Below, piece by piece: positions 1-10,000 of a stretch of DNA of 25,551 nt. Source of the DNA: a virus (lineage: Duplodnaviria > Caudoviricetes); the IMG/VR virus record IMGVR_UViG_3300008255_000443, positions 1-25,551 of that record; one strand, written 5' to 3'. Under the pieces are notes generated by a model that did no database searches, was not told the origin of the DNA, and was given only the letters and a program-made list of their open reading frames with translations. How positions within the stretch are numbered: position 1 is the first letter of the stretch; each line of letters opens with the position of its first letter. Position numbers and translations under genes: made by a program.

Positions 1-1682
1 ATAATTCCCTTAAACTCATCATCCATAAGATCCTCGGCACGCCTACCTAAGATACCGCGTTGTAGATCCAAAAATTCTTGAATTTGTTTCTCTGGTATGT
101 CTTGAGCCCTAAGAGCACCGACAATTGTGTTCTTCCATGAAGGTGTGAAGGATATAAGTTGAGTTGGATTTCCCTTTTCAAAAAGAACAGAAGCAGCATC
201 AGGTTCAATTCCAAGTCTAGGCACTTCATGCTGAAAGCTAACAGTACTTTGGTCAAATACATGAACCTTAGTTGCTATTCCTGCTTCTTTCTCAACTAGT
301 CCTTTAATTCCACGAGAAGCAGCATAGAGTTTTGTTGCTTCCTCAGCACTCGGGGCCTCAAACTTTAAGATTTCAACTCGGTTTTCATTCATGAATTGTC
401 GAAGAGAAGATACAGTTTCAAATTCGCTAGTGTCAACAACTCCTCTTCTAGCGGATCCTTCTTCTGCTGACCGTATAGCAAACCCGATCTGGTCGGCACT
501 AAGAGTAGCATACTCAGTTAGCTCTCTAAGTTTCTCAGACGAAGAACTAAAGACTTTAGAAAGTGTTCCTACACTAACTTCATTCGTAGATGGAGCAAAG
601 ACAATATGTGGCTTGTACGGATTTTTGACTTGTATACGACCAGGAACAACGGCTTCACCAGTTGCCATGTAGGTCTTACCACGATACTCAACTGCTTGTC
701 CCTCATAGAATCTTGTAGCCTGCCACTGAGCAATTTGCTTAGGAGATAGTTTGTCTCTTGGGTCAACAGGATTGTGAATTAAAACATCCTCAGCTTCTCC
801 TCCTAAGATTTTACGTCGTAGAATTTGAGCACCTTCTAACCTATTCTTAGCATAGTTAACAACATCATCTGCATTTTTTAAACCAAAGAGATTGATGGTA
901 GTTTCATGTGTTCTTGCTAAGTCTGAAAGAACCTGCTCAGTTGTTAGCTCAGGATTTCTAAGACCAATAAGCTCATCAATCAATCTTTCTGGACTCTTAG
1001 CATCGGTCGGACTTAAAGCATTTTCAATAGATAACTCAGCCGCTCCGACCGGAACGTCAGGATGAGGAGAACCAGTGTCTAATAATTTACCTACTCCCTT
1101 AGTCAGTGCTCTACTACGCATAGCTCTTACAAGAAATACACCTTCAATAGCTCCACCAAATCCTGCTCCTATAGCTAGATTCTTTGGAATGTCCTCTAAC
1201 TTCTCAGAAGTCCCTGCAAACTGAGCAGAACCTGCAATTACGTTACGTAAAAATCCAAAAGCTGCTTTGGATGCAACAGTTTCTCCTGCAACAATTCCAA
1301 CACCCCCTAGAACTAATCCTGTTACCTTAGCAATAGGAATAAAAGAAATACCAAGCCCGACCATAGAACCTAGAAACTCAGAAACTTGCTCACTAGCTTC
1401 ATCAATTCTAGGATCAACTTCTGAGTGACCTCGAATGAATGTAATAGGTTCGAGAATTCCTTTCTTCACACCTGCACCAAAAGACCCAATGACACCAATA
1501 TCTGGACCTTCTGCCTCAGAGAAGCCTACAAGCAACGGAGACTTAGATCCTAAAAATGCGAAAGGATCATCTTTCTCTTGCACAGGAACGGATTCACCCG
1601 ACCGCTGTGCCTCTAAAGACGCAACAGTTTCTCGACTTACCTTAGTTCTACCGAGAAAAGCAAATGGATCATTGCTTGCCAT
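1..1682 (-). CDS. Large internal virion/DNA ejection protein, 5' part only (>560 aa, runs off the window; absent from ORF track)
   Basis: Hand translation from ATG 1682 (directly after the TAA of the upstream gene, TAAATG) gives MASNDPFAFLGRTKVSRE...DDPFAFLGSK... with no stop down to position 1. It has Gly/Ala-rich hydrophobic segments (FLGSMVGLGISFIPIAKVTGLVLGGVGIVAG; LAIGAGFGGAIEGVFLV). It is the third and largest gene after the nozzle/GNAT genes, the usual position of the T7 gp16/P22 gp16-like ejection protein. Confidence 0.75.
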   Translation of the reverse strand, partial: MASNDPFAFLGRTKVSRETVASLEAQRSGESVPVQEKDDPFAFLGSKSPLLVGFSEAEGPDIGVIGSFGAGVKKGILEPITFIRGHSEVDPRIDEASEQVSEFLGSMVGLGISFIPIAKVTGLVLGGVGIVAGETVASKAAFGFLRNVIAGSAQFAGTSEKLEDIPKNLAIGAGFGGAIEGVFLVRAMRSRALTKGVGKLLDTGSPHPDVPVGAAELSIENALSPTDAKSPERLIDELIGLRNPELTTEQVLSDLARTHETTINLFGLKNADDVVNYAKNRLEGAQILRRKILGGEAEDVLIHNPVDPRDKLSPKQIAQWQATRFYEGQAVEYRGKTYMATGEAVVPGRIQVKNPYKPHIVFAPSTNEVSVGTLSKVFSSSSEKLRELTEYATLSADQIGFAIRSAEEGSARRGVVDTSEFETVSSLRQFMNENRVEILKFEAPSAEEATKLYAASRGIKGLVEKEAGIATKVHVFDQSTVSFQHEVPRLGIEPDAASVLFEKGNPTQLISFTPSWKNTIVGALRAQDIPEKQIQEFLDLQRGILGRRAEDLMDDEFKGI

Positions 1683-3161
1683 TTATCTGCCTATTGAATC
1701 AGGAGGGACCCTAAAATTATCTAACGAAGCTTGTGCCGTAGGACTAAGTTGATTGTAAATATCATCAGACGAAGGAGGAGTAAATCCTTTGCTTCCAAAG
1801 TTAACTAAGAAAGCCCCAAACTTAGTCCCAAGCGCATTTGCAGCATAGTTCATCGCAGGAGGAACACCGCGATCATGTAAAAGAGTTTCAAAGTTACTAG
1901 AAAATCCACCAGTTGAGGATTGTTTACTAACTTGCTCTTGCTCTTGCTCTTGTTCCCTCTCGGACATACCAGATGCAATGACAGCTACTAGTTTAATCTG
2001 AGCATCTTTTGGAAGCAACTTAAACATAGGACTTGCCTGTAGTTCCTGCAAAGAATTCTCACCATATATAACCATTTGAGCAGCTTGAGTCAAGCGATCA
2101 ACATACTCTGGCTTTACACCAAAAGTCTCTACCTTTGACCTGAACCCTAACAAAGTAGAAGCCTTTCGTGCTCCAGTAATCTCAACTGGAAGCATAGCAC
2201 CAGAAACAATCATAGATTGTCCATATGCTTTAAGCATATTAACATCTCTAATTGCTAATTCTTTCTCTTCATCACCACTAGCTACTTTAGCTCGATCAAT
2301 AGCATCATTTAAAGCAGTACGCCAGCGTGTTAAGTTTAAAAGCATATCGCTTTCATTACCAGTGTTCCTAGCTAAAGTAGAAGCAGCAGCAGCATCTAGT
2401 TGTTCATGCTGCATAACATGACCAGGAAAGTTTGGATTAGCAATTCCTGCCGCAGCCATTGCACGAAAATGATTACCTAATGGGGTGTTAGGTAAAGTAT
2501 TGATATATTCTTCATATGTATCAATAGCCCGAGAAGCCATACCAATGTTTTTTTGTTCGTATAGTCCTTTTAATCTCTCTGTATCTACACGAATTTGAGG
2601 TAAACCATCCTTGAGAGCAATAGTTGCGTACTCCGACCGAAGCCCTGCCTCATCAGTATCGGCTTTAAATCCAGCTACTTCTGATCTAGCTTTTAGTGAA
2701 GGAAAACCAAGCTTAGTTTGCTCTGCGTAATATTGAGAATCGAGATTGAGCTTAGAGATCTCATTACCAATTTTCTTAGGAATTATTCCAGTTTCTAATA
2801 TCGTCGTAGCTTCTAATTCAGCAACTTTAGCCGTCCCAATTTCAGCTCCAACCGTTGCTTCGACTCCTTTTCCTTTCCTAAAAGCAACATCCTTTAACTC
2901 TGCTGTATCAGGCTGAAACGCATCAGCAATATTGCTTTGTACATACTCCGGTCGGACTTCTAAAGCTCTAGCAAATGCCTCAAGCTGCCCAGCTTCAATA
3001 GCTCTACGAGCAGCAGGAGCGAGATTTGCAAGAACTTGGGGATTAGCAGCAAGTTCTTTTTCTCTATTCTTCTTACGATTTACTACATCTAAGACATCCC
3101 CAAGTCCCTTTCCAAAAGCTTGTCCTAATGCTCCTTGAGCCGGATCAACGAAAATAGCCAT
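1683..3161 (-). CDS. Putative DNA ejection (internal virion) protein, 492 aa
   Basis: Long Ala/Gln/Glu-rich, helical-looking ORF with an N-terminal GALGQAFGKGLG segment; second gene of the three-gene block after the tail genes. Call rests on position and composition. Confidence 0.6.
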   Translation of the reverse strand: MAIFVDPAQGALGQAFGKGLGDVLDVVNRKKNREKELAANPQVLANLAPAARRAIEAGQLEAFARALEVRPEYVQSNIADAFQPDTAELKDVAFRKGKGVEATVGAEIGTAKVAELEATTILETGIIPKKIGNEISKLNLDSQYYAEQTKLGFPSLKARSEVAGFKADTDEAGLRSEYATIALKDGLPQIRVDTERLKGLYEQKNIGMASRAIDTYEEYINTLPNTPLGNHFRAMAAAGIANPNFPGHVMQHEQLDAAAASTLARNTGNESDMLLNLTRWRTALNDAIDRAKVASGDEEKELAIRDVNMLKAYGQSMIVSGAMLPVEITGARKASTLLGFRSKVETFGVKPEYVDRLTQAAQMVIYGENSLQELQASPMFKLLPKDAQIKLVAVIASGMSEREQEQEQEQVSKQSSTGGFSSNFETLLHDRGVPPAMNYAANALGTKFGAFLVNFGSKGFTPPSSDDIYNQLSPTAQASLDNFRVPPDSIGR

Positions 3162-3167
3162 TTTTAT

Positions 3168-3902
3168 CTAACCCCTAAGTTGATTTGGGTTTAGTTGAAA
3201 AGGACTGGGGGAAACATTAGAGAAAGCTCCAAATGGAGCAGAAGAACCAGTACCACCAGAGGAAAAGAGATCAAATTGAGGAGTAACTCTAGCATTAGCC
3301 GCACCTCCAGATGTTACAGCCTGAGCAACTTTACCGGAGTTTTGAAGTAACCCAGACAAAATTTGATCCCCAATCCCAGGACTAACAATCAACTCCTCCG
3401 GGAGAATCCCCATTTGGGCAAAGCGTGAGAACAAATCAACATTACCTTGTCCAAGGTTCTGTAAAAGATTAATTGTATTTAAGAGTTGACCAGCATCAAA
3501 TTGAGCTTGATTCGTTCTAATCCCACCAATAGTCTGATCGAGATTAGATGCAACATCTCCTCTCAACCTAGCTTCTCCTAATGCCCCAGCCGACCCGAAC
3601 CTATTACCAGCAGCGCCAAATCCTTCTCTAAGATCCGCTGCCTGTCGGTTAGTCCTAGTTTCACTTCCTTTTGTAAGAGAAGAAATCAATTGAGAAGTTT
3701 GATTGCTGTCTTGACCAGAACTAACTCGCTCTTGAATACTATTCAAATACTGCTCTAATGCCGTCCCAGCATGACGTTGTAGAGGACCAGCACCTTGGCC
3801 AAAAGATCCCTCAGCAATCTGACCCTGTAGAATTTTTAAAAAATCATTCCCTAATGGAGTGGCCTGACTCCTCTGCTCCTCTCTTTGTACTCTCGGTCCC
3901 AT
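3168..3902 (-). CDS. Putative small DNA ejection/pilot protein, 244 aa
   Basis: Strong SD (AGGAGGT) upstream of the ATG. Gly/Gln/Ala-rich with a 'FGAAGNRFGSAGALGEA' segment typical of small podoviral ejection proteins; follows the GNAT gene. Confidence 0.6.
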   Translation of the reverse strand: MGPRVQREEQRSQATPLGNDFLKILQGQIAEGSFGQGAGPLQRHAGTALEQYLNSIQERVSSGQDSNQTSQLISSLTKGSETRTNRQAADLREGFGAAGNRFGSAGALGEARLRGDVASNLDQTIGGIRTNQAQFDAGQLLNTINLLQNLGQGNVDLFSRFAQMGILPEELIVSPGIGDQILSGLLQNSGKVAQAVTSGGAANARVTPQFDLFSSGGTGSSAPFGAFSNVSPSPFQLNPNQLRG

Positions 3903-4509
3903 CTTTACCTCCTAAGTATGACCCACCACATTTGAAACAAACTTGTTCGATTGACTTTCTACCTAACTCAAAAGATTCTCCACGAAGTATTGAGTAGGTA
4001 TTAACGTCAAACCACTTACCCTTGTAAAGAATCTCCTTCCTAAGTCTTCCTTCTCGTACAAATCCAATACGTTCAACTGCTTGGAGAGTATGATTAGCAT
4101 ATACTGGAACTTGAACTGAGATTTTCTCTAACTCATATTCTTCTATTACATACTCTATCATTTCTCGGCACAAAGCTTCACGCCCTGAAAATCTACGATC
4201 CCAAAACGCGAAGTGAGCCATACCTGAATGACTAATTCGTATATCATTTAGTAGAAAGATTCCTACATCATCAACCTCCCATATCAGGCCGGTCGGTACT
4301 AATTCATTTCCAGCTTGTCTAACGAAATGATCGACAAAGGCAGCAAAATCTCCCCGTACGAAGTCATTAAATAGAACATCAAAATCCTTTAGCTTCATCC
4401 AGAAAAACTTCAACTTCTCTATCGTTAGATGACAGAGCCTTACAGAACGAATAATCTCACCGTCAGGCTCGCTACATCTGACTTCACGTATAACTTGTCC
4501 CGTGTCCAT
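3844..4509 (-). CDS. GNAT-family (RimJ/RimL-like) N-acetyltransferase-fold protein within the tail module
   Basis: C-terminal signature N-x6-ERIGFVREGRLRKEILYKGKWFDVNTYSILRGE matches RimJ/RimL-type GNATs. GGAG lies 8 nt before ATG 4509. Overlaps both neighbours. Confidence 0.8.
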   Translation of the reverse strand: MDTGQVIREVRCSEPDGEIIRSVRLCHLTIEKLKFFWMKLKDFDVLFNDFVRGDFAAFVDHFVRQAGNELVPTGLIWEVDDVGIFLLNDIRISHSGMAHFAFWDRRFSGREALCREMIEYVIEEYELEKISVQVPVYANHTLQAVERIGFVREGRLRKEILYKGKWFDVNTYSILRGESFELGRKSIEQVCFKCGGSYLGGKDGTESTKRGAEESGHSIRE

Positions 4510-4730
4510 GCTGTTGCTCCATCAAAGAGACTTCCAGCTTTGTCTTGTTTAAGAATGAAATACCCAATTGGAACGTAGCCTAAGTCATGAATTACTGTAG
4601 ATTCTGTATCAGGTGTAGCATCGGTGGTATGTTCAACAAACCCACCTTTGACATTATCCTGTAAAGTCAAGCCATGATTTAAAGCTAGTGCTACTTTTGC
4701 TTGAAAATCCTTGTCATTAGCCCCTATCAT
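4440..4730 (-). CDS. Hypothetical small virion protein, 96 aa
   Basis: ATGA overlap with the nozzle gene stop; beta-rich C-terminus (TVIHDLGYVP...KLYVKS...VRLFVL). Confidence 0.6.
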   Translation of the reverse strand: MIGANDKDFQAKVALALNHGLTLQDNVKGGFVEHTTDATPDTESTVIHDLGYVPIGYFILKQDKAGSLFDGATAWTRDKLYVKSDVASLTVRLFVL

Positions 4731-6310
4731 CTATGCTGTCCTTTGATTTGAACTCTAAGCCAATAAGACTCAAGCGCAAAATCACCTTCTGATACTTGAA
4801 GTCTAAGCCAAAGATTTTCTCCGGTAATTCTCTGTCTCCGATACCGAAGTGGTTGCATTGTAACCGAGGCTAAAACTTCCTTAGTTAACTCATTTCTCCA
4901 TGTGGATGCATCGACAGAAACAGAGATTATTACACTACAACCAGTAAGAGATTCAACTTGTGCTCCAAAATCTTGTAGAACAATTCGTTTGCTCGCTTGA
5001 CCGAAGTTAGGAAATTGAATGTCCGCTACGTAATCAGTACCATCGTAGTCTAATGTTACAAGATCGTTTGTGTAGAATACCTTCTTATTTGTTCCTTCGA
5101 AAAGTCCAGTGATAGTTTCAGTACTATCATCGACTAATTCATTAATATATCCCACTTGTGCATCAATCGTTCCGACCAGATCATTGATAAAAAGCAACGA
5201 TGTACCAGTAGTTGCCCATGCCATTGCAGTGATTTCTGGCCCTTCATCATAAGTCCAAGCATCGTTCCTACGAGAGTAAACCCAAATTTTACGCATAGTA
5301 GGAGAGAATTTATAATAAGCCTCCCCTAAATGATATTCGTCATGTTCTTTGTCATATGTAGCTTGTGTATATCTAAGTTCTTGAAGGTCCCGGAAAAGCT
5401 TATGTCGAATTCTAGGGGCTGTAAGTTCTTGTGGTACTGATCCAATAGGATAGAAATAAATAGCCCTTCGCTCATAGTTGGCAAAAATCACTCCGCCGGG
5501 AACAGGAACAATGGTATGTGGCATATCACAGCCAAATCCATTAAATGCTCGTTCAAATCTAAAAGGATTATCAGAGAATGGTTGACGATAAGCAAGCCAG
5601 ATGCTTTCTTTTTTAATAATAATTAAGACATTTTCGTGCCCAAAATGACCGACGATTTCATCATTTAGATTGAGAGCACCACTAACCAACGGCTCATTTC
5701 CAGATCCAACACCAGTCCAATCAGTAGGATCCCCGTTAACTGGCCATTGTTCAGTATAAGGGCCACCAGGAATATTACCAGCAATGATGCGTTCTGCAAA
5801 CGTTGTGAGGTACTTAGCAACTGGAGCATCAACCATTGGGTCGGCTGTGTGATTAGTAAAATCAACCTTACGAATAGCCGACTCACCGTTTGCTAAGAAA
5901 AGATAGTCTCCAAAAGAAGCAGTACTGAATCTTTCAGAAAACGAACCAATTGCATAATCTACCCAAGCTCCATTTCCGTTGTCTACTGAGATCCGAGCCT
6001 TCGTGATCCTGACTAACTTACTAAAATTCTCGTTCTCAAAAGGAATGAGATTCAAGATTACTTCATCTTCTACATCCCCTCCATACTGTGTAGTACCTTC
6101 CCTTCTTCTAAGCTTTCCGTCTCTGATTCTAATATTAGAACCAAGATAAAGACCACCCTTTGGTTGCTTAGTACGGGGTGTATCAGGATGCATACCATTG
6201 GTTACATCAAGTACTTCAATATAACCTTCTGGATCAATCTCATAACTATACCCATGTCTGAGCCCTTTGTCTTTCTCAAGATGCTCAATTGTATCACGTT
6301 CGAGAGGCAT
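4727..6310 (-). CDS. Tail nozzle / DNA stabilisation protein (P22 gp10 / T7 gp12-like beta-propeller), 527 aa
   Basis: N-terminal 'SNIRIRDGKLRRREG', propeller-like segments (FGDYLFLANG, YLTTFAERIIAGN, GDPTDW, GFGCDMPHTIV), 'NDAWTYD'; size and position downstream of the adaptor fit. Confidence 0.7.
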   Translation of the reverse strand: MPLERDTIEHLEKDKGLRHGYSYEIDPEGYIEVLDVTNGMHPDTPRTKQPKGGLYLGSNIRIRDGKLRRREGTTQYGGDVEDEVILNLIPFENENFSKLVRITKARISVDNGNGAWVDYAIGSFSERFSTASFGDYLFLANGESAIRKVDFTNHTADPMVDAPVAKYLTTFAERIIAGNIPGGPYTEQWPVNGDPTDWTGVGSGNEPLVSGALNLNDEIVGHFGHENVLIIIKKESIWLAYRQPFSDNPFRFERAFNGFGCDMPHTIVPVPGGVIFANYERRAIYFYPIGSVPQELTAPRIRHKLFRDLQELRYTQATYDKEHDEYHLGEAYYKFSPTMRKIWVYSRRNDAWTYDEGPEITAMAWATTGTSLLFINDLVGTIDAQVGYINELVDDSTETITGLFEGTNKKVFYTNDLVTLDYDGTDYVADIQFPNFGQASKRIVLQDFGAQVESLTGCSVIISVSVDASTWRNELTKEVLASVTMQPLRYRRQRITGENLWLRLQVSEGDFALESYWLRVQIKGQHR

Positions 6311-6312
6311 TG

Positions 6313-7047
6313 TTATGACAACCGAATAAGAGACATAAAGGTAATAGTAGGACCAAGATTGACTGCAGCCCCAGAATTTTGATGAACTCTAGCAGTAATA
6401 ATGTCGGCTGCAGTTAATAACTGAACAATTGAGACAGAACAGAATGAACCATCGCTTGATTGATTACCACCAAGATTAACACCATTTGAAAGAATATAAC
6501 AATAGTAATTATTACCACCAGTAACTGCAAGTGCTGTATTAAGAGCGACTAAATACGTTCCTGTTTCCTGCACTACAATATTAGTAGGTGCTCCTATTAC
6601 CCAAAGAGCAGCATCAGAAATCTCGACAGTAGCGTCCCAAGAAATAGTAGTCGGGGTCGCATCAACAAGACTCTGCGCTGCCGTCTTATTAACAATAACC
6701 CTAGACTTATTGTAGATATCATTTAGTATACTAGATCCTGACCCACCAACATCTACCCAAGTCGGAGTACCTCCGATATCTGTACCTGTGTAAAGGATCT
6801 TGACAGTCTCATCGTAAAAGAGTTGTCCATCAAAAGTCGGAGCAGTAGGCTTCTCTCCGGTCGGCCCAGATGCCATGATTCCGGTCGGAGGCTTCGGGTC
6901 AATTGCATCATTAGCCCAATCAGGAAACATATCTTCAAGTCTTTCTCTAGTTGCAACCTTATCATTCTGAATATGTATGTCTATGTCACTAGCTAACACA
7001 GACGCGCCATCTGGTGCTGTTTCATCCCAATCAACAGAATATGCCAT
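6313..7047 (-). CDS. Short tail fibre/spike with virion-anchor N-terminus and C1q/BclA-like C-terminal jelly-roll
   Basis: N-terminal WDETAPDG...DIDIHIQNDKVATRERL anchor-like segment, 'PTAPTFDGQLFYD' fibre motif, C-terminal 'ISWD...IVVQETGTYLV...LTAADIITARVHQ' C1q-like pattern; TAATG overlap with the upstream gene. Confidence 0.6.
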   Translation of the reverse strand: MAYSVDWDETAPDGASVLASDIDIHIQNDKVATRERLEDMFPDWANDAIDPKPPTGIMASGPTGEKPTAPTFDGQLFYDETVKILYTGTDIGGTPTWVDVGGSGSSILNDIYNKSRVIVNKTAAQSLVDATPTTISWDATVEISDAALWVIGAPTNIVVQETGTYLVALNTALAVTGGNNYYCYILSNGVNLGGNQSSDGSFCSVSIVQLLTAADIITARVHQNSGAAVNLGPTITFMSLIRLS

Positions 7048-10000
7048 TAGTAAGTCTCCAATGAGAGATTATTAAGTTTTGCTTCGTAGACTATGACTTC
7101 ACCTAAAAGAACTGGATTGTAGAGATCAGTAAAATCTACAATAGCAAGAACTGGAAGCTCTGCTGCATTTTTATATAAGAAGATTACTTTACGTGAAGTT
7201 CCTGAAACTTTTACTCCATAGATCCCCCTAGCAACAGAATAATTACTCAGAAGTACGGCAGAAGAAGGATCACTTACATCATACACACGAATACCCCAAT
7301 CAGAAGTACCAATTCCAGTGTTAGCATAGGCAAAGAATAAATAACTACCTGAATCGTCCAATGCCGCACCACCAAATGATACTCCTTGTAATGGCAAGCT
7401 AGTATAACTTCCAATTCTAGGCTCTCCATTTGTAGTCAATACCTTACAAATTCTAGGAGGACTAAAACCAACAGCTACCCCTGTATCAGTACCTCGAATG
7501 TGGTAGATTCTTCCCTCCCCAACTCTCTTTGACACAGAACGATCCCCAAGGGAGCGCGTTGTGGTCGGTGATGATATTGTACTAATGTCAATTACAAGAA
7601 TCCCACCAATATCTGAGTGCCTGCCAACAACGACAGTAGATCCAGTCATTGTCATAGCAAACCTACGATCCCTAGAAAGCTCAGTGTCTGGATTATAAGT
7701 CTCTGTTATAAAAATAGGAGCAGAGAAGAAGTGAAAATCAATTACCTGCCCACCATAAAATCCAAGCTGAGTTGTTGGGTTAAAAGCCCAACTATATTGC
7801 TGTCCAAATGGCTTTGCAACTTGAGAAGCAATGGAAATAGATCCAATAGTTGTCGCATTAACAACCATGACAGCAGGAATTGACGAGGTTGGAGTATTCT
7901 GTCCAACTACAACATAATCTTTTCCTGCATATGTAACTCCATAAGCCTCAAGATTACCAACTGCCAATAACGAAACTGTACTTTGTTCAACAATTGGAGA
8001 ACCAAGAGAGTAGCCAATAGCGTTCTTGTTAGAATCAAATGCAACAGCTTTTCCATTAACAATAGCACCAGATGTAATATTACGTCCAGTAACTAAACTA
8101 GCTGTAACACTTACCGCAGTCGGCACTGTGATATTAAGTCTAACTAATGTTGACCCAAAAATCACTAACTCAGAAGCAGAGACGCTCCCAATTGCAACAC
8201 CCTCAACATCATAAGTATCTGCTATTGTAGGAGAAGTTGGATCACTAATATCAATAACAAGGAGTCCAGGAACACTTGCTGTACTTAAACTAAATAAGCA
8301 ATATACATAATTTCCAGACTTCAATAGCTTAACTTTATAACCTTCTCTTGAACCAACATCAAGATAACCAACGAAGTCCATAGTATCAACGCCATACTTA
8401 AATACTGCAAATCCACCTCCACCGTAATCATTCCAAACGTAAGCATAAGTACTATCAATAGTAATTGCTTTGCAGTTAATAAGCTCTAATGGTCTAGTCC
8501 AACCAGTACGTAAATGTGTAGTTTGACTTACTAATCCAGGACCATCGTGCTCAATAATTATATAATTATCAGTAACACCTAATACCTTTTGCCCACCAAT
8601 ATCATCGTTAAAATACGATGGTCCAATATTAGTTACAGATGTAATGCTTGGAGCAGCAGGAGTACTTACATCTATCTCTACAATAGAATTCTCTACCATT
8701 GTCCATAATTTTTCATCAATCTTTGATGCAACAAGACCTCGTGCATTTGCTAATGACGAAGAACTAAGTGTTCCGGCAAGAGCAAATGTACTGCCATTTG
8801 TATAAAGCTTTAGTACACCATCATTTAAGATAGCTAAACGTCCACTGTGCGTAAAAATAGAATAAGGACCTAACCCAACTGTATCAAAAAGATCTGTTTC
8901 TCGAACAGTTACATCAGCAGTAGGATTCTCATAATCATCTAAACCACAAATAACAGCTACACCAAAAGGAGTCTTAGTACCACTAACTACAGCCAAATTA
9001 GCATCAACTGGAATCGGAGCAGTACCACCACCTACCTCTGAACCCATTCTAAATGTCTTTGGTCCACGAGCACAACCAATATTATCTGCATCTTCTGGGG
9101 AACCTCCAGTATCAATTAAGGTTAAAGCTAAATCACTTGATACATCAATAGATTGTATAGAGGCACCAGAAGTTAAAGCTATTAAATATGGATCAAGATC
9201 GCGGTCGGATTCAACATAATGTAGACGATCTCCATAATAATCATTAATAACAATAGAGTCTAAATTATAGTTACTACTAAGTAACACTAGATTATCACGA
9301 TCTGTTACATCACATACAGCAATAGCAGCACCTGATCCATTTGTACTAATATGAATATAGGCTCTAGTATTGTCTGTACTAATTGCAATTGATCCAGGTT
9401 CAGCTGAAACGTTGATTGCTCCAAGATCTAATGTATCTCGAATAGTTAATAAAGTAGGTGTAGTAATATCAATTGAGTATAAATATCTATGTGTAGTAGG
9501 TGCAGCTGTAACTAACAATGTAGCTGCATTTAATCTACGAAGTCTTATTCCAGCAGGAGTTCCACCAGATAAAAGAAGAGTACTTTGATAAGTAACAGTA
9601 ACACCATCGGCACTAACAGAAGCGGAATGTATAACTGGACTTACAGTCGAATTATACCCACCAACAAAGACGTAGGATTCATCATGCGAAACTTCTAAAC
9701 CAAAAATCCTATGGGAAGATCCCCAATCAGGTAAATTCGTCTTACTTATTAATACAGGAACAGATGTTGGATTACTAACATCGTAAATAGCTAAACCGTT
9801 CTTAAGTTGATCTATGAAATGATAAGCAATGTAAATTCTTTTAGTAATGTCAGAATAAAAACATGAGCTAAAACATTCAATTCGATCGTTTCCAGTACCA
9901 ATTCCACCAAGCTCTGTATGAATGTTTTTTTCATAACTCTTAACTGGAACACTAGGATTAGTCATATCCCAATGAACAAGAATCATGTCATACTGCCCAG

